Counted from the first letter of the stretch, positions 46,247 to 55,016 are shown. The stretch is 64,000 nt of DNA from Deinococcales bacterium (GCA_031414595.1 JANNVX010000033.1:1-64000); one strand, 5' to 3'. Notes: generated by a model not told the origin, from the letters alone. Translations and numbers: made by a program.

Positions 46247-46276
46247 ACCTCGGCTTCCACGCCGAGGTTTTTTGTT
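46247..46276 (+). terminator. Rho-independent terminator
   Basis: ACCTCGGC-TTCCAC-GCCGAGGT followed by T-run. Confidence 0.85.
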
Positions 46277-46521
46277 ATTCCCTAGTTTCAAAGGAGCTTG
46301 TCATGACCAATAGAGAATTCGCCGCCCAAGGTTGCAATGCAGCCAAACACCGTCCCTTTGTTCTCCACCGCGCTGCGCTCCGCGTCTCTGAGCCAATCCG
46401 ACACCATGACAAAGACTTTAAGAACAATCACAACTGCCCCTAAACCCGAAACCCGCGCTGTTCTCGAGGCTGTGCGTTGCGAGAGCAAAAACGCTTGGAG
46501 TTTAACCAAAACCAAGCCAGA

Positions 46522-46561
46522 GAAAAAAAGTGGCGCATCGCTTTGATGCACCACTTTTTTT
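46522..46561. terminator. Bidirectional terminator
   Basis: A7-GTGGCGCATC-GCTTT-GATGCACCAC-T7. Confidence 0.8.
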
Positions 46562-46569
46562 GTTGGACT

Positions 46570-47760
46570 TTAATGCCCAAGGGTGGCTTTGCGAATACTC
46601 CGCAGGTCAGAAGCAGATTTTGCCCAACTGGTCAGGAGTTCCGAAACGCCCCAACCGATTAAGGGCAGCAGCAATCCCCCAAAAAACGAAACAATAATTA
46701 ACGCCCATTGACTTAAATTAGGCGAAAACTCGCTTTCGATTAAAAGCGAAGCAGGTAAGACTGAGCCGACAAATAAGTAAATCACCGAAAGTATTCTGAG
46801 CCAACGGGCGATGCTTTCAATGCCAGCCGTGGGATCACCCAAACGCATGGTTTGCCCTTTGCCACTCTTTTGCGGTTTGGAGTCTAGGGCGGTGCTGGCA
46901 TCCATAATCTCGCCGCTCCATTCTCCACTGGCACTCGAGGGTACCATCACGGCGGTGGGGCTATTATCGGGTTTTAGGTTAATCGGGGCGGCATTGGGGT
47001 TGCCCCAATCATCGCCACTATTTGAACGATTCCCAGAATTTTTGGCAAGGTCGGCAAATGGGTCTATCGGCGGCTTGGCTGTAACTGGCGCTGGGTTTGG
47101 AAAAACTGGGCTGGGCGGGGGAATCATGGCGGAGGCATTCAAAAACCCGGGGGTACTGCCCGATTTGGCTGGGTTCAGTTCAGATTCTAAATCTGCCCAT
47201 GAGTCTTTTTCTGGTTTTTGGGTAATCGCATCAGGTCCAACTTCAAAGGTTTGCTTTTCGGGCATCCAAGTGTTTGGCGGCGAGGCTGGTGTGGCATCCC
47301 AAGAATTGGCTGGAGGCGGGGTGCTGTCCCAAGTTGAGGTGGGTGGTGTATCCCAAGCACTGGCTGGGCTGCTGACTGGAGCAGCTTGCCAAGGGGCAGC
47401 AACTGGGATTGGTTCTGGACTCAGGGCTTTAGGGGCTGGGAAGTCTGTGCCTGTGGCACTGGCTTTGGCTCGAGCAATTGCCCCTTTGACATTCTCAAAA
47501 AAGAACTTTAATTCGGCTAAATCAAAGCCTTTGATGCTGCCTTCAATCAGGCTCTCCGTTGGGGATTTAACGGTTAGCTCACCTGTTTTGGCGGTTTTAA
47601 CATTGACGATTTCCCGAAGTCGTCCGCGTTGTAAACGCGAATCTTCGTAATACATCAGTTCACGGGCGGTGATAATCAGGGCTTTACCACCCTGACCATC
47701 AAGCCGTGTTTCGATGTCCTCGAGTTGAATTCCGGCTTCACGTAAGACTTGATCAATCAT
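46570..47760 (-). CDS. Hypothetical membrane protein with Pro/Trp-rich disordered linker
   Basis: Globular N-terminus, repeated WD.TPP units, two C-terminal TM helices. Confidence 0.75.
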   Translation of the reverse strand: MIDQVLREAGIQLEDIETRLDGQGGKALIITARELMYYEDSRLQRGRLREIVNVKTAKTGELTVKSPTESLIEGSIKGFDLAELKFFFENVKGAIARAKASATGTDFPAPKALSPEPIPVAAPWQAAPVSSPASAWDTPPTSTWDSTPPPANSWDATPASPPNTWMPEKQTFEVGPDAITQKPEKDSWADLESELNPAKSGSTPGFLNASAMIPPPSPVFPNPAPVTAKPPIDPFADLAKNSGNRSNSGDDWGNPNAAPINLKPDNSPTAVMVPSSASGEWSGEIMDASTALDSKPQKSGKGQTMRLGDPTAGIESIARWLRILSVIYLFVGSVLPASLLIESEFSPNLSQWALIIVSFFGGLLLPLIGWGVSELLTSWAKSASDLRSIRKATLGH

Positions 47761-47836
47761 GATGGACTCCCCATACGATTCTTAGGTTTACTAACATAAG
47801 CACAGTATAGCCCCAAAACATGGGTTACAATCCAGT

Positions 47837-48532
47837 GTGACTCTTTTACTGGCTCATCGGGGTGCAAATCGGGTGCATTTGGAGAATACCATGCCCGCAT
47901 TTGAGGCAGCATTACAAGCTGGACTGCATGGCATTGAACTGGATGTGCAACGCACTAAAGATGGCGTTTTGGTTGTGCATCACGGCTTTCATTTACCAGA
48001 TGGTCGTTTGATTGCATCCCTTGACTTTGCTCAGTTGTGCCTACCAGAGCCGTACACCATTCCAAAACTCGAGGAAGTGCTGACGTGGGCAAAACAAACT
48101 GGCGCATATCTCAATATCGAAATTAAACTCGAGACTTTTGCCACCGACGGACGTGAAAAAGAAGTGGCTGCCTTGGTCGAACGAAGTGGGATTGGCAATC
48201 AAATCATCATCTCGAGTTTTAACCCTGTTTCTTTATGGCGAATTAAACGCCTTGCTCCAGCCCTCGAGACCGCCCTGCTTTTTTACAACACCAAAAAGAA
48301 TTGGTTACTTGACCACGGTTACTTAGCTCCTTTTTTGGGAATCAGCGCCTTGCATCCGCACCACAGTCAAGTCAGCTTAGACATGGTGTTAATGGCACAC
48401 CGCATGGGTTGGAAAGTCAATGTTTGGACAGTCAACGAACCCGAAATCGTGGCTAAATTGCTCACCTTGGGTGTAGACGGAATCATTGGCGATGTTCCAA
48501 ATGTTCTGCTCGAGCGCCATGACACGCGGTAG
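47837..48532 (+). CDS. Glycerophosphodiester phosphodiesterase
   Basis: AHRG, ENT, IELDV, NIEIK, VWTVN. Confidence 0.9.
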   Translation: MTLLLAHRGANRVHLENTMPAFEAALQAGLHGIELDVQRTKDGVLVVHHGFHLPDGRLIASLDFAQLCLPEPYTIPKLEEVLTWAKQTGAYLNIEIKLETFATDGREKEVAALVERSGIGNQIIISSFNPVSLWRIKRLAPALETALLFYNTKKNWLLDHGYLAPFLGISALHPHHSQVSLDMVLMAHRMGWKVNVWTVNEPEIVAKLLTLGVDGIIGDVPNVLLERHDTR

Positions 48533-49574
48533 GCACAAAATTTATTTAGGCATGGCGGCTGGTGTCGGTAAAACCATGCGGGCATTAAACGAAATCCGTG
48601 ATTTACGCGCCGATGGACTAGACGCAATTATTGGTTTCCTCGAGACCCATAAACGCAAAGATACCGTAGCCGCCGCCCAAGACCTACCGCTTTTTCCTCG
48701 GCTCGAGATTTTATATAAAGGTACGACCCAGACCGAACTCGATGTGGCGGGGATTCTCGAGCGCCGCCCCGAATGGGTGATGGTGGACGAATTAGCGCAC
48801 AGCAATGTCCCCAATTCCAAGCACCCAAAACGCTACTTGGATGTTGAAGAGATTTTAGAAGCCGGAATCAACGTTATCAGTACCCTCAATATCCAACATT
48901 TAGAAAGCCTGAACGATGAAGTCGCCCGTCTGACATCGGTGCGGGTGCGTGAGCGCGTGCCAGACCAAGTGGTGCTTGAAGCCGACGAAGTGGTGATTGT
49001 TGATATTTCGCCCGAGGCACTGCGTGACCGCCTTGGGGCTGGAAAAATCTATGCTAAAGAAAAAATTGACCAAGCCCTCAACAGCTTTTTTACAACCGAA
49101 AATCTGGCGGTGCTGCGTGAATTGGCACTGCGACGAACTGCCGATGTGGTCGAAGAAGAACCAATGAACCCAGCCGAAATTTTAGGGCGTGGGGTCAAAG
49201 AACGGATTGTCGTGGCGGTTCGCGCTGAACAACACGATGCTCGTTTGATACGCCGTGGGGCGCGAGTGGTGCAGCGCTTGAAGGGCGATTTACTGGTGGT
49301 GCATATCAAAAATCGTGCTTATAAACAAGTCGAATTTGATGTCCTGAACGAACTCGAGAATCTGGCTAGGGAATTTAGGGCAACTTGGACAGTTTTAGAT
49401 GGCACAGACACCGCCTCGAGTCTGGTGGCGTACTTAAAAGCCGAACACGCCACCCAAATTATTATTGGTGAATCGCACCGCCCAAGGTTTAAGGAAATTA
49501 TCTCTGGGTCGGTGGTCTTAGAAATTTTGCGCCGCAGCACAGGCATAGATGTGTACATTATTGCCGATGATTGA
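48519..49574 (+). CDS. kdpD: Stand-alone KdpD N-terminal sensor + Usp domain (no TM, no kinase)
   Basis: GRHKIYLGMAAGVGKT, VDELAHSN, TLNIQHLESLND, LRELALR, C-terminal Usp-like domain. Confidence 0.9.
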   Translation: MTRGRHKIYLGMAAGVGKTMRALNEIRDLRADGLDAIIGFLETHKRKDTVAAAQDLPLFPRLEILYKGTTQTELDVAGILERRPEWVMVDELAHSNVPNSKHPKRYLDVEEILEAGINVISTLNIQHLESLNDEVARLTSVRVRERVPDQVVLEADEVVIVDISPEALRDRLGAGKIYAKEKIDQALNSFFTTENLAVLRELALRRTADVVEEEPMNPAEILGRGVKERIVVAVRAEQHDARLIRRGARVVQRLKGDLLVVHIKNRAYKQVEFDVLNELENLAREFRATWTVLDGTDTASSLVAYLKAEHATQIIIGESHRPRFKEIISGSVVLEILRRSTGIDVYIIADD

Positions 49575-49581
49575 ACCACCT

Positions 49582-49648
49582 AGAGTCACTTGACCGACCC
49601 GCATCACTCGAGTGACCGATGGTGCATATTGAACCAAAAAAATAGACT
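49582..49648 (+). promoter_or_regulatory. Putative response-regulator operator + -10 box (site 1)
   Basis: AGAGTCA-CT-TGACCGA, second TGACCGA 22 bp later, TAGACT 30 bp after that. Confidence 0.65.
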
Positions 49649-49654
49649 CTTGGC

Positions 49655-49828
49655 ATGAATCTTGTGCTGCTAACTTGTGCAACGGTGACCGGTTTTTTCG
49701 CCATGTTTGGTTTTATGGCAGGAATTCGTCGGGAAGAATATGAAAAACCAAATCTGACCCAATGGTACATCAGTGGCTTGGTTGGATTATGGGTTGCTGC
49801 AATGGTACTTTCTTTATTCCGAACTTAA
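49655..49828 (+). CDS. Small two-TM membrane protein, 57 aa
   Basis: MNLVLLTCATVTGFFAMFGFMAGIRREEYEKPNLTQWYISGLVGLWVAAMVLSLFRT; TAGACT 6 nt before ATG (leaderless). Confidence 0.6.
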   Translation: MNLVLLTCATVTGFFAMFGFMAGIRREEYEKPNLTQWYISGLVGLWVAAMVLSLFRT

Positions 49829-50451
49829 ATCATGCCGCGCCGTAGGGCTTTAACCGCCGCTTGGGTACGGTCAGAAACACTCAAGCGCAGCAAAATCTCT
49901 TCAACATGGGTTTTAACCGTACTTAAACTAATCTCGAGCCGCAAGGCAATATCTTTATTGCCTAGCCCATCGGCAATTAAGCGCAGCACCTCGAGTTCTC
50001 GGGGCGATAGAACCGCACCGTCTTGGTTGATTGGTGTAATACGGTTTAAGACCACATGGGCAATTTGTGGGTCGAGGTACGCGCCACCCATTGCCACGGC
50101 TTGCACCGCTAAGCGTAAACTCGAGGGGTCGGTGCTTTTTAAGCAGTACGCATTAGCACCACTTGCCAAGGCTGCCAATACTTCCTGCTCGAGTTGATGG
50201 ACGGTCAGCATCACGACTTTAAGGTTTGGATACAGGGTTTTTAAGCGTTTGGTGGCTTCGATGCCATCTATGCCCGGTAAGCCAATATCCATGACCACCA
50301 CATCGGCTAAAAAGTTCGGGTACTGCTCTAAGGCTTCTTCGCCGCTTCGGGCTTCGCCAACCACTTGTAAATTAGGATCGCGTTGCAATGCCACCCGCAA
50401 GCCATCTCGAGTAAAAGCGTGGTCTTCAACTAAAAACACACTGTAGGTCAT
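49825..50451 (-). CDS. NarL/FixJ-family response regulator
   Basis: VEDH, VMDIGLPG receiver; LSPRELEVL..TVKTHV LuxR HTH. Confidence 0.93.
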   Translation of the reverse strand: MTYSVFLVEDHAFTRDGLRVALQRDPNLQVVGEARSGEEALEQYPNFLADVVVMDIGLPGIDGIEATKRLKTLYPNLKVVMLTVHQLEQEVLAALASGANAYCLKSTDPSSLRLAVQAVAMGGAYLDPQIAHVVLNRITPINQDGAVLSPRELEVLRLIADGLGNKDIALRLEISLSTVKTHVEEILLRLSVSDRTQAAVKALRRGMI

Positions 50452-51917
50452 GCTGCACCCGCCTTGGGTAACTCGAGCCAGAAAACACTGCCGCCGCCAA
50501 CCCGAGGATGATAGCCAATCCGTCCGCCGTGGCTTTCGGAAATGCGCTTGGACAAATATAAGCCCAAGCCTGTACCGCCACCAGCTTTGCCGCTCGAGAA
50601 ACGCCCGAATAAACGCGGTTCGAGTTCGACTGGCACACCCTGCCCTCGGTCTGAAACTTCTAGCCGTACTGCATTTTCGCTTACCCCGAGTTTAATTTCA
50701 ATTTGGCTACTGGCAGGGCTGTACTTAGCAGCATTCTCGAGTAAATTCTGAATGATTCGTCGTAAATCGGCTGGATTACCAAGCACTGTTGTTTCACCGC
50801 TTATTTGCCAAATAAAATGGCTTTGTGGCAACCTTGCAGCACTTGACCGCGCTGCATTCTCGAGATTGACCGCTTGGGGTGTACTCTGAATTTGTTCTGA
50901 CTCGAGTTTAGCCAACACCAACAACGAATCAGCAAGGGTCAGTAAATCCTCATTGGCTTCGATACCATTGTGGAGTGTCCGCAAATAGGCTTCGGGCAGT
51001 TCACCAAATGCCCCCTCGAGTGCCAAGCGCATATTCATCCCGTTAGCAACCAAAGGCGTGCGGAGGTCGTGGCTAAAAGCATAGACCAAATCTCTGATAA
51101 CTTCGGCACGGCGCTCGAGTTCAGTGCGGTTGCGCTGCAAACGCTGGCTCAGTTCGGCACGTTCCAAAGCATCACGCAGGGTCGGCAATAAAGACTGCAA
51201 CGACTCGGTATGATTCTGCGGCTCGAGCAGTGCCAACAGCATTGGCGCATGACCCGCCCATTCAAAACCAGCAATTAAGGCATGATTGGCATTTAAGCCA
51301 AATTCACTCGGGGTCTGAGCCAGAATTGTTTGCGTTGGCGGCGCACCAAGCAAGCGCGAAGGAATCGGGCTACCAATGCTCCACGCGCTTTGGGTAGCTG
51401 GAAAAGCTGTTCTCGGTGCAGAAAACTGACTCATCCCAGCACTGGACAGCAGCACCCCTCGAGCTTCAAAAGACGCTGCCAAAACCTCGGCAGCTTTATG
51501 CAGGGCAGCCTCGAGCGAAGGTTCTTGACCAATTGCCGCAATTCGTTCACGGTCACGCTCCCGACGCAAACGCGCCTCCTCGAGCCGAGCCTTTTCGAGC
51601 CGACTCGAGAATTGGGTTAATTGCACCGTCATAAAACCAACCAAAATAAACGAAGCCGCCAGTAAAACACGGTTCAGCACACTAATCGAATCTACACCAC
51701 CTTCTGACGAGGCGTTCAGCAGCCCAGCCACGACGTTCATGGCTACTGCCACGACCACCAAAGCAAAGGTAAAACGGCGTTTAAGCACCAAACCAGACAA
51801 GGCAATTGGGATATTCAGTAAAATTGCGGCAACCAAGCGTTGCGGCGTTAATAAATCCAAGGTAACAATAGCCACGAACAACAGCACCGAAGTCAAAACC
51901 AGCATGGGGACTTTCAT
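50448..51917 (-). CDS. Membrane sensor histidine kinase (TM bundle, GAF-like, HisKA, HATPase)
   Basis: N-terminal TM helices, SHDLRTPL, NLLENAAKY, DRGQG, GTGLGL. Confidence 0.92.
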   Translation of the reverse strand: MKVPMLVLTSVLLFVAIVTLDLLTPQRLVAAILLNIPIALSGLVLKRRFTFALVVVAVAMNVVAGLLNASSEGGVDSISVLNRVLLAASFILVGFMTVQLTQFSSRLEKARLEEARLRRERDRERIAAIGQEPSLEAALHKAAEVLAASFEARGVLLSSAGMSQFSAPRTAFPATQSAWSIGSPIPSRLLGAPPTQTILAQTPSEFGLNANHALIAGFEWAGHAPMLLALLEPQNHTESLQSLLPTLRDALERAELSQRLQRNRTELERRAEVIRDLVYAFSHDLRTPLVANGMNMRLALEGAFGELPEAYLRTLHNGIEANEDLLTLADSLLVLAKLESEQIQSTPQAVNLENAARSSAARLPQSHFIWQISGETTVLGNPADLRRIIQNLLENAAKYSPASSQIEIKLGVSENAVRLEVSDRGQGVPVELEPRLFGRFSSGKAGGGTGLGLYLSKRISESHGGRIGYHPRVGGGSVFWLELPKAGAA

Positions 51918-51925
51918 CGGGGCTA

Positions 51926-51969
51926 ATTCTAACGGTTAGAAGTGAAAACGGGGTCAGTCAGATGACCGA
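51926..51969 (-). promoter_or_regulatory. Putative operator + -10 box of HK-RR operon (site 2)
   Basis: Minus strand TCGGTCA-TC-TGACTGA 7-2-7 inverted repeat, TAGAAT 29 bp downstream. Confidence 0.62.
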
Positions 51970-52037
51970 TAGCAGAATAGTTTTCTCGAGCATAATTTTA
52001 TCTTTGCAAAAACCAGTTTTTATGGCACAATACGAAC

Positions 52038-52298
52038 ATGAGCCTCGTAGAAATGAAAACTGCTGCACTGCAATTACCATTTGCCGAACGAGGTGAATTG
52101 GCAAAAGCACTGCTTTTAAGTATGGAGCAACCCTCAGAAGCCGAACTCGAGCGAGCCTTAGAAGCCGCTCAGTACGCCCATTTGGACGAAGCGACCCGAA
52201 ATGCAATTCTTAGTGCGCCGATAACCACTTGGGAAGAGATGATGCAAGATACCGACCCTGACGCACCAGAATTTGACATTCCAGAGGATAAGCAATGA
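52038..52298 (+). CDS. Putative antitoxin (addiction-module-like N-terminus)
   Basis: ALQLPFAERGELAKALLLS, acidic tail; ATGA overlap with PIN gene. Confidence 0.7.
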   Translation: MSLVEMKTAALQLPFAERGELAKALLLSMEQPSEAELERALEAAQYAHLDEATRNAILSAPITTWEEMMQDTDPDAPEFDIPEDKQ

Positions 52299-52693
52299 CT
52301 CCACAAGCTGTTTTAGTGGATACCAATGTGATGAGTTACCTGTTCCGAAAAACACCAAAAGCCGAACCGTTCCGCCTTTTACTTGAGGGTAGACGAAAAA
52401 TTATTTCTTTTCAAACTCGAGCCGAATTGATGCTTTGGTCAGCGTACTGGTCAAAGTCCAATCAAGCTAAGTTAGAACGCTTTCTTGTCAATCAATTTGG
52501 TTATTTACCGCACACTGAAGCTGTAAACGTAGCATGGGTAGCAGCAATGAAGAGCGCTAAAAAGAATGGCTACCCAATTTCTGCGGCGGATGCTTGGATA
52601 GCTGCGACTGCTTTAAGCTCTGGGTTATTGCTACTGACGGCTGATAAAAACGATTTTCTGGGCGTGGAAGGTTTGAAACTGTTAAGCGTGTAA
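52295..52693 (+). CDS. vapC: PIN-domain toxin
   Basis: LVDTNV, T.AEL, ADAWIAATA, LLTAD..DF. Confidence 0.88.
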   Translation: MTPQAVLVDTNVMSYLFRKTPKAEPFRLLLEGRRKIISFQTRAELMLWSAYWSKSNQAKLERFLVNQFGYLPHTEAVNVAWVAAMKSAKKNGYPISAADAWIAATALSSGLLLLTADKNDFLGVEGLKLLSV

Positions 52694-52761
52694 TTTGGTT
52701 TTCCGTACTCTAGCGGGAAGTAAGATAAAGTTTTAGATTTTTTTATAAAAAGGAGGGTTTT

Positions 52762-54054
52762 TTGTCTAAAAGCAAAAATTCTGATATGGTCGAAAATAGA
52801 ATACAAAACACGGCTTTATCACAACTCAATTGGCAGAACAAACTATCAGGAAAACCCGAATTGGGTATAATCGAATACCCACTCTTTTGTGATGCTCAAA
52901 TTACAGGAGATTTTGTCAGTGGATTAGAACCATATAGCTTCCTAAATACTGTACCTATTACTGACGGAACTAATGCAGTGGTTGCTCCTTTTGTTTTACG
53001 AATTGCAGTCTACTTAGAAGAACACAAACCAAATTTTAGTAAAACTGATGAATCCCTTTACCACGGTGGAACTTTAGTTGATGAAATAGCTGCTCTAACT
53101 TCTGTTGCACTTGGGGTTCGCATTCGTGCTGGTGGGGAGACACGGCGGTTTGAGCTAGGAAAAGACCCATATGGTCGACCTAGTGCGTGGCATGATATTC
53201 CAAGACCTACTGTGCAGATTAAAAGAAATCGACCAATACTACCTTCGGTTTTGGGAGAACATTCAATGAGTAAATTAGAAGTATTGAATTTAGTACCTAA
53301 AATTGACACAAAGCGATACATTAGTTTGATTCGTGCTTGCAGATTATACCAAGATGCACTTTGGATTGTTGAATCTGATCCAAATCTTGCATGGCTTATG
53401 CTCGTTTCGGCTCTTGAAACCGCAGCCAACGACTTTATGGCATCAGACAATGACTTAACTGAACAATTAAAACTTTCATTACCTAGACTTGCCTCACTTC
53501 TCGAGAAGTTTGGTGGTAATAGTCTTGTTGAAGCAGTAGCAGACGAGATTGCTCATACCTTAAAAGCAACTAAAAAATTCATTGATTTTACCATGCACTT
53601 TCTTCCTAATGAACCAACGGAACGACCTGAAACTGATTGGCTTCGGCTTGATTGGTCAAAGTTGAAGAAAATCTTGAGCGTGGTTTATGAGTATCGCTCA
53701 CGTGCTTTACACACTGGACTACCATTTCCTGCTCCAATGCTCCATTCACCGTTTTATTTGCACCCCTCGAAAATACCATCAGAAGTACCCCTGATGGGAC
53801 TAGCAGCACATTCATTGGGAGGTACTTGGATGCCAAAAGATGTACCAATAAACCTGCATTTTTTTCACTATATTACACGCGGTGTACTGCTTAGGTGGTG
53901 GCAAGAAGAGCTTGCCACCACTGAAAGTATTCAACAAACAACCAATCCTCGACTCGAGTACCCTGTCATGACCAGCTTAGGAATTGCTGAAAGTGATTGT
54001 GACGCTGCAACCAACGAATGGGTTAGCACCAGTAAAATTAGAGTTCTGCCGTAA
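52762..54054 (+). CDS. Hypothetical protein with putative C-terminal HEPN (ApeA-like) domain
   Basis: AT-richer than flanks; LVSALE helix and YEYRSRALHTG RxxxxH motif; SD AGGAGG before TTG. Confidence 0.6.
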   Translation: MSKSKNSDMVENRIQNTALSQLNWQNKLSGKPELGIIEYPLFCDAQITGDFVSGLEPYSFLNTVPITDGTNAVVAPFVLRIAVYLEEHKPNFSKTDESLYHGGTLVDEIAALTSVALGVRIRAGGETRRFELGKDPYGRPSAWHDIPRPTVQIKRNRPILPSVLGEHSMSKLEVLNLVPKIDTKRYISLIRACRLYQDALWIVESDPNLAWLMLVSALETAANDFMASDNDLTEQLKLSLPRLASLLEKFGGNSLVEAVADEIAHTLKATKKFIDFTMHFLPNEPTERPETDWLRLDWSKLKKILSVVYEYRSRALHTGLPFPAPMLHSPFYLHPSKIPSEVPLMGLAAHSLGGTWMPKDVPINLHFFHYITRGVLLRWWQEELATTESIQQTTNPRLEYPVMTSLGIAESDCDAATNEWVSTSKIRVLP

Positions 54055-54094
54055 TTTTTCTGCTCGAGCAATCTGCTTTGGCTTAAATTCGTTT

Positions 54095-54514
54095 TTATTT
54101 TCTTAAATCAAGCTGAGTCGCGCTTGAACCAAACTGTAATCCTTGTACCCTCGAGAAGTGCGTGTCAAAAGTAAAAAGTGGGTTCTGATACTGGATTGCC
54201 ATGGCTGCAATCCAAAGGTCGTTGGTTGGTACTATTTGCCCTGCTTGCCCTAGTGCTGCATTGATGCTCGAGTAAGTAAAAGCGGTTTCTTGGTCTGGGA
54301 AAATCAGTTCTACTCGAGGTAAAGCTAAGAATTCCTCGAGCTTAACTAGGTTTTGAGTGTACCGATTACCGCCCCGAAAGCCACTGAGTAATTCTGCCAT
54401 GACGATGATTGGCATGGCGATTCTTGGTGATAAACGCAGCACTTCGATACAATCGGGTTGACCTCGAAACAAGTTGCTGTACGCATTGGTGTCAAAGATT
54501 ACTCGTGTGTTCAT
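54095..54514 (-). CDS. vapC: PIN-domain toxin
   Basis: FDTNAY, VMAELL, PTNDLWIAA, TFDTHF. Confidence 0.9.
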   Translation of the reverse strand: MNTRVIFDTNAYSNLFRGQPDCIEVLRLSPRIAMPIIVMAELLSGFRGGNRYTQNLVKLEEFLALPRVELIFPDQETAFTYSSINAALGQAGQIVPTNDLWIAAMAIQYQNPLFTFDTHFSRVQGLQFGSSATQLDLRK

Positions 54515-54741
54515 CGTTCATGAACCGTATCTAATTGTTCAAATTGTTTGGTGTGTAGTAGAAAATCTTGGTATTCGGTTTCGTTCCAAATTCCAATTAG
54601 GAAATCAGCATCATGGTGCAAAATTGGTACAAATGAATTTTGTAATGTTTCAAGGGCTATTTCCTCGGGTTTCAGACCACGTTTTGTCGCTTCCTCGAGT
54701 AACCGAGCTTCTAATTCTGGATTCTCAAGGGTTAATGTCAT
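54511..54741 (-). CDS. Putative antitoxin (RHH-like VapB)
   Basis: LTLENPELEARLLEEATKRG; overlaps vapC start by ATGA. Confidence 0.75.
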   Translation of the reverse strand: MTLTLENPELEARLLEEATKRGLKPEEIALETLQNSFVPILHHDADFLIGIWNETEYQDFLLHTKQFEQLDTVHER

Positions 54742-54773
54742 AGGTCAATTGTACAAGATTTTCTTGGCTTAAT

Positions 54774-54840
54774 TTCGTCAACTGACCGACCCCTCAAAAC
54801 CATCTGACCGATGCCCGAATGCCATTCTCGAGCCTAGGCT
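54774..54840 (+). promoter_or_regulatory. Putative operator + -10 box of kdp operon (site 3)
   Basis: TTCGTCA-AC-TGACCGA, second TGACCGA 22 bp later, TAGGCT 30 bp after that. Confidence 0.68.
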
Positions 54841-54858
54841 TCTAAGCGGAGGTCTTTT

Positions 54859-54942
54859 ATGCTTTGGGTTCTACTGATTCTGGCGGTTTTGTTGGTTGTC
54901 TACTTGTTCTATGCACTCCTTCGACCAGAGGCATTCCAATGA
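54859..54942 (+). CDS. kdpF: K+-transporting ATPase subunit F
   Basis: MLWVLLILAVLLVVYLFYALLRPEAFQ with YL.YALLRPE.F signature; SD GGAGG. Confidence 0.88.
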   Translation: MLWVLLILAVLLVVYLFYALLRPEAFQ

Positions 54943-55016
54943 TTGGCGGCTTGCTGATTTTACTTGGTTTATTTTTGTTGTGCGCTGCTTTTATTGGCGC
55001 TGTTGAGAGGCTCTAA
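54939..55016 (+). CDS. Second small hydrophobic kdp peptide, 25 aa
   Basis: MIGGLLILLGLFLLCAAFIGAVERL; ATGA overlap with kdpF and stop abuts kdpA ATG. Confidence 0.7.
   Translation: MIGGLLILLGLFLLCAAFIGAVERL

Noticed and set aside
46811-47650. 279-aa plus-strand ORF
   Set aside because: Antisense shadow of the Pro-rich gene 46570-47760; Gly-rich mirror composition
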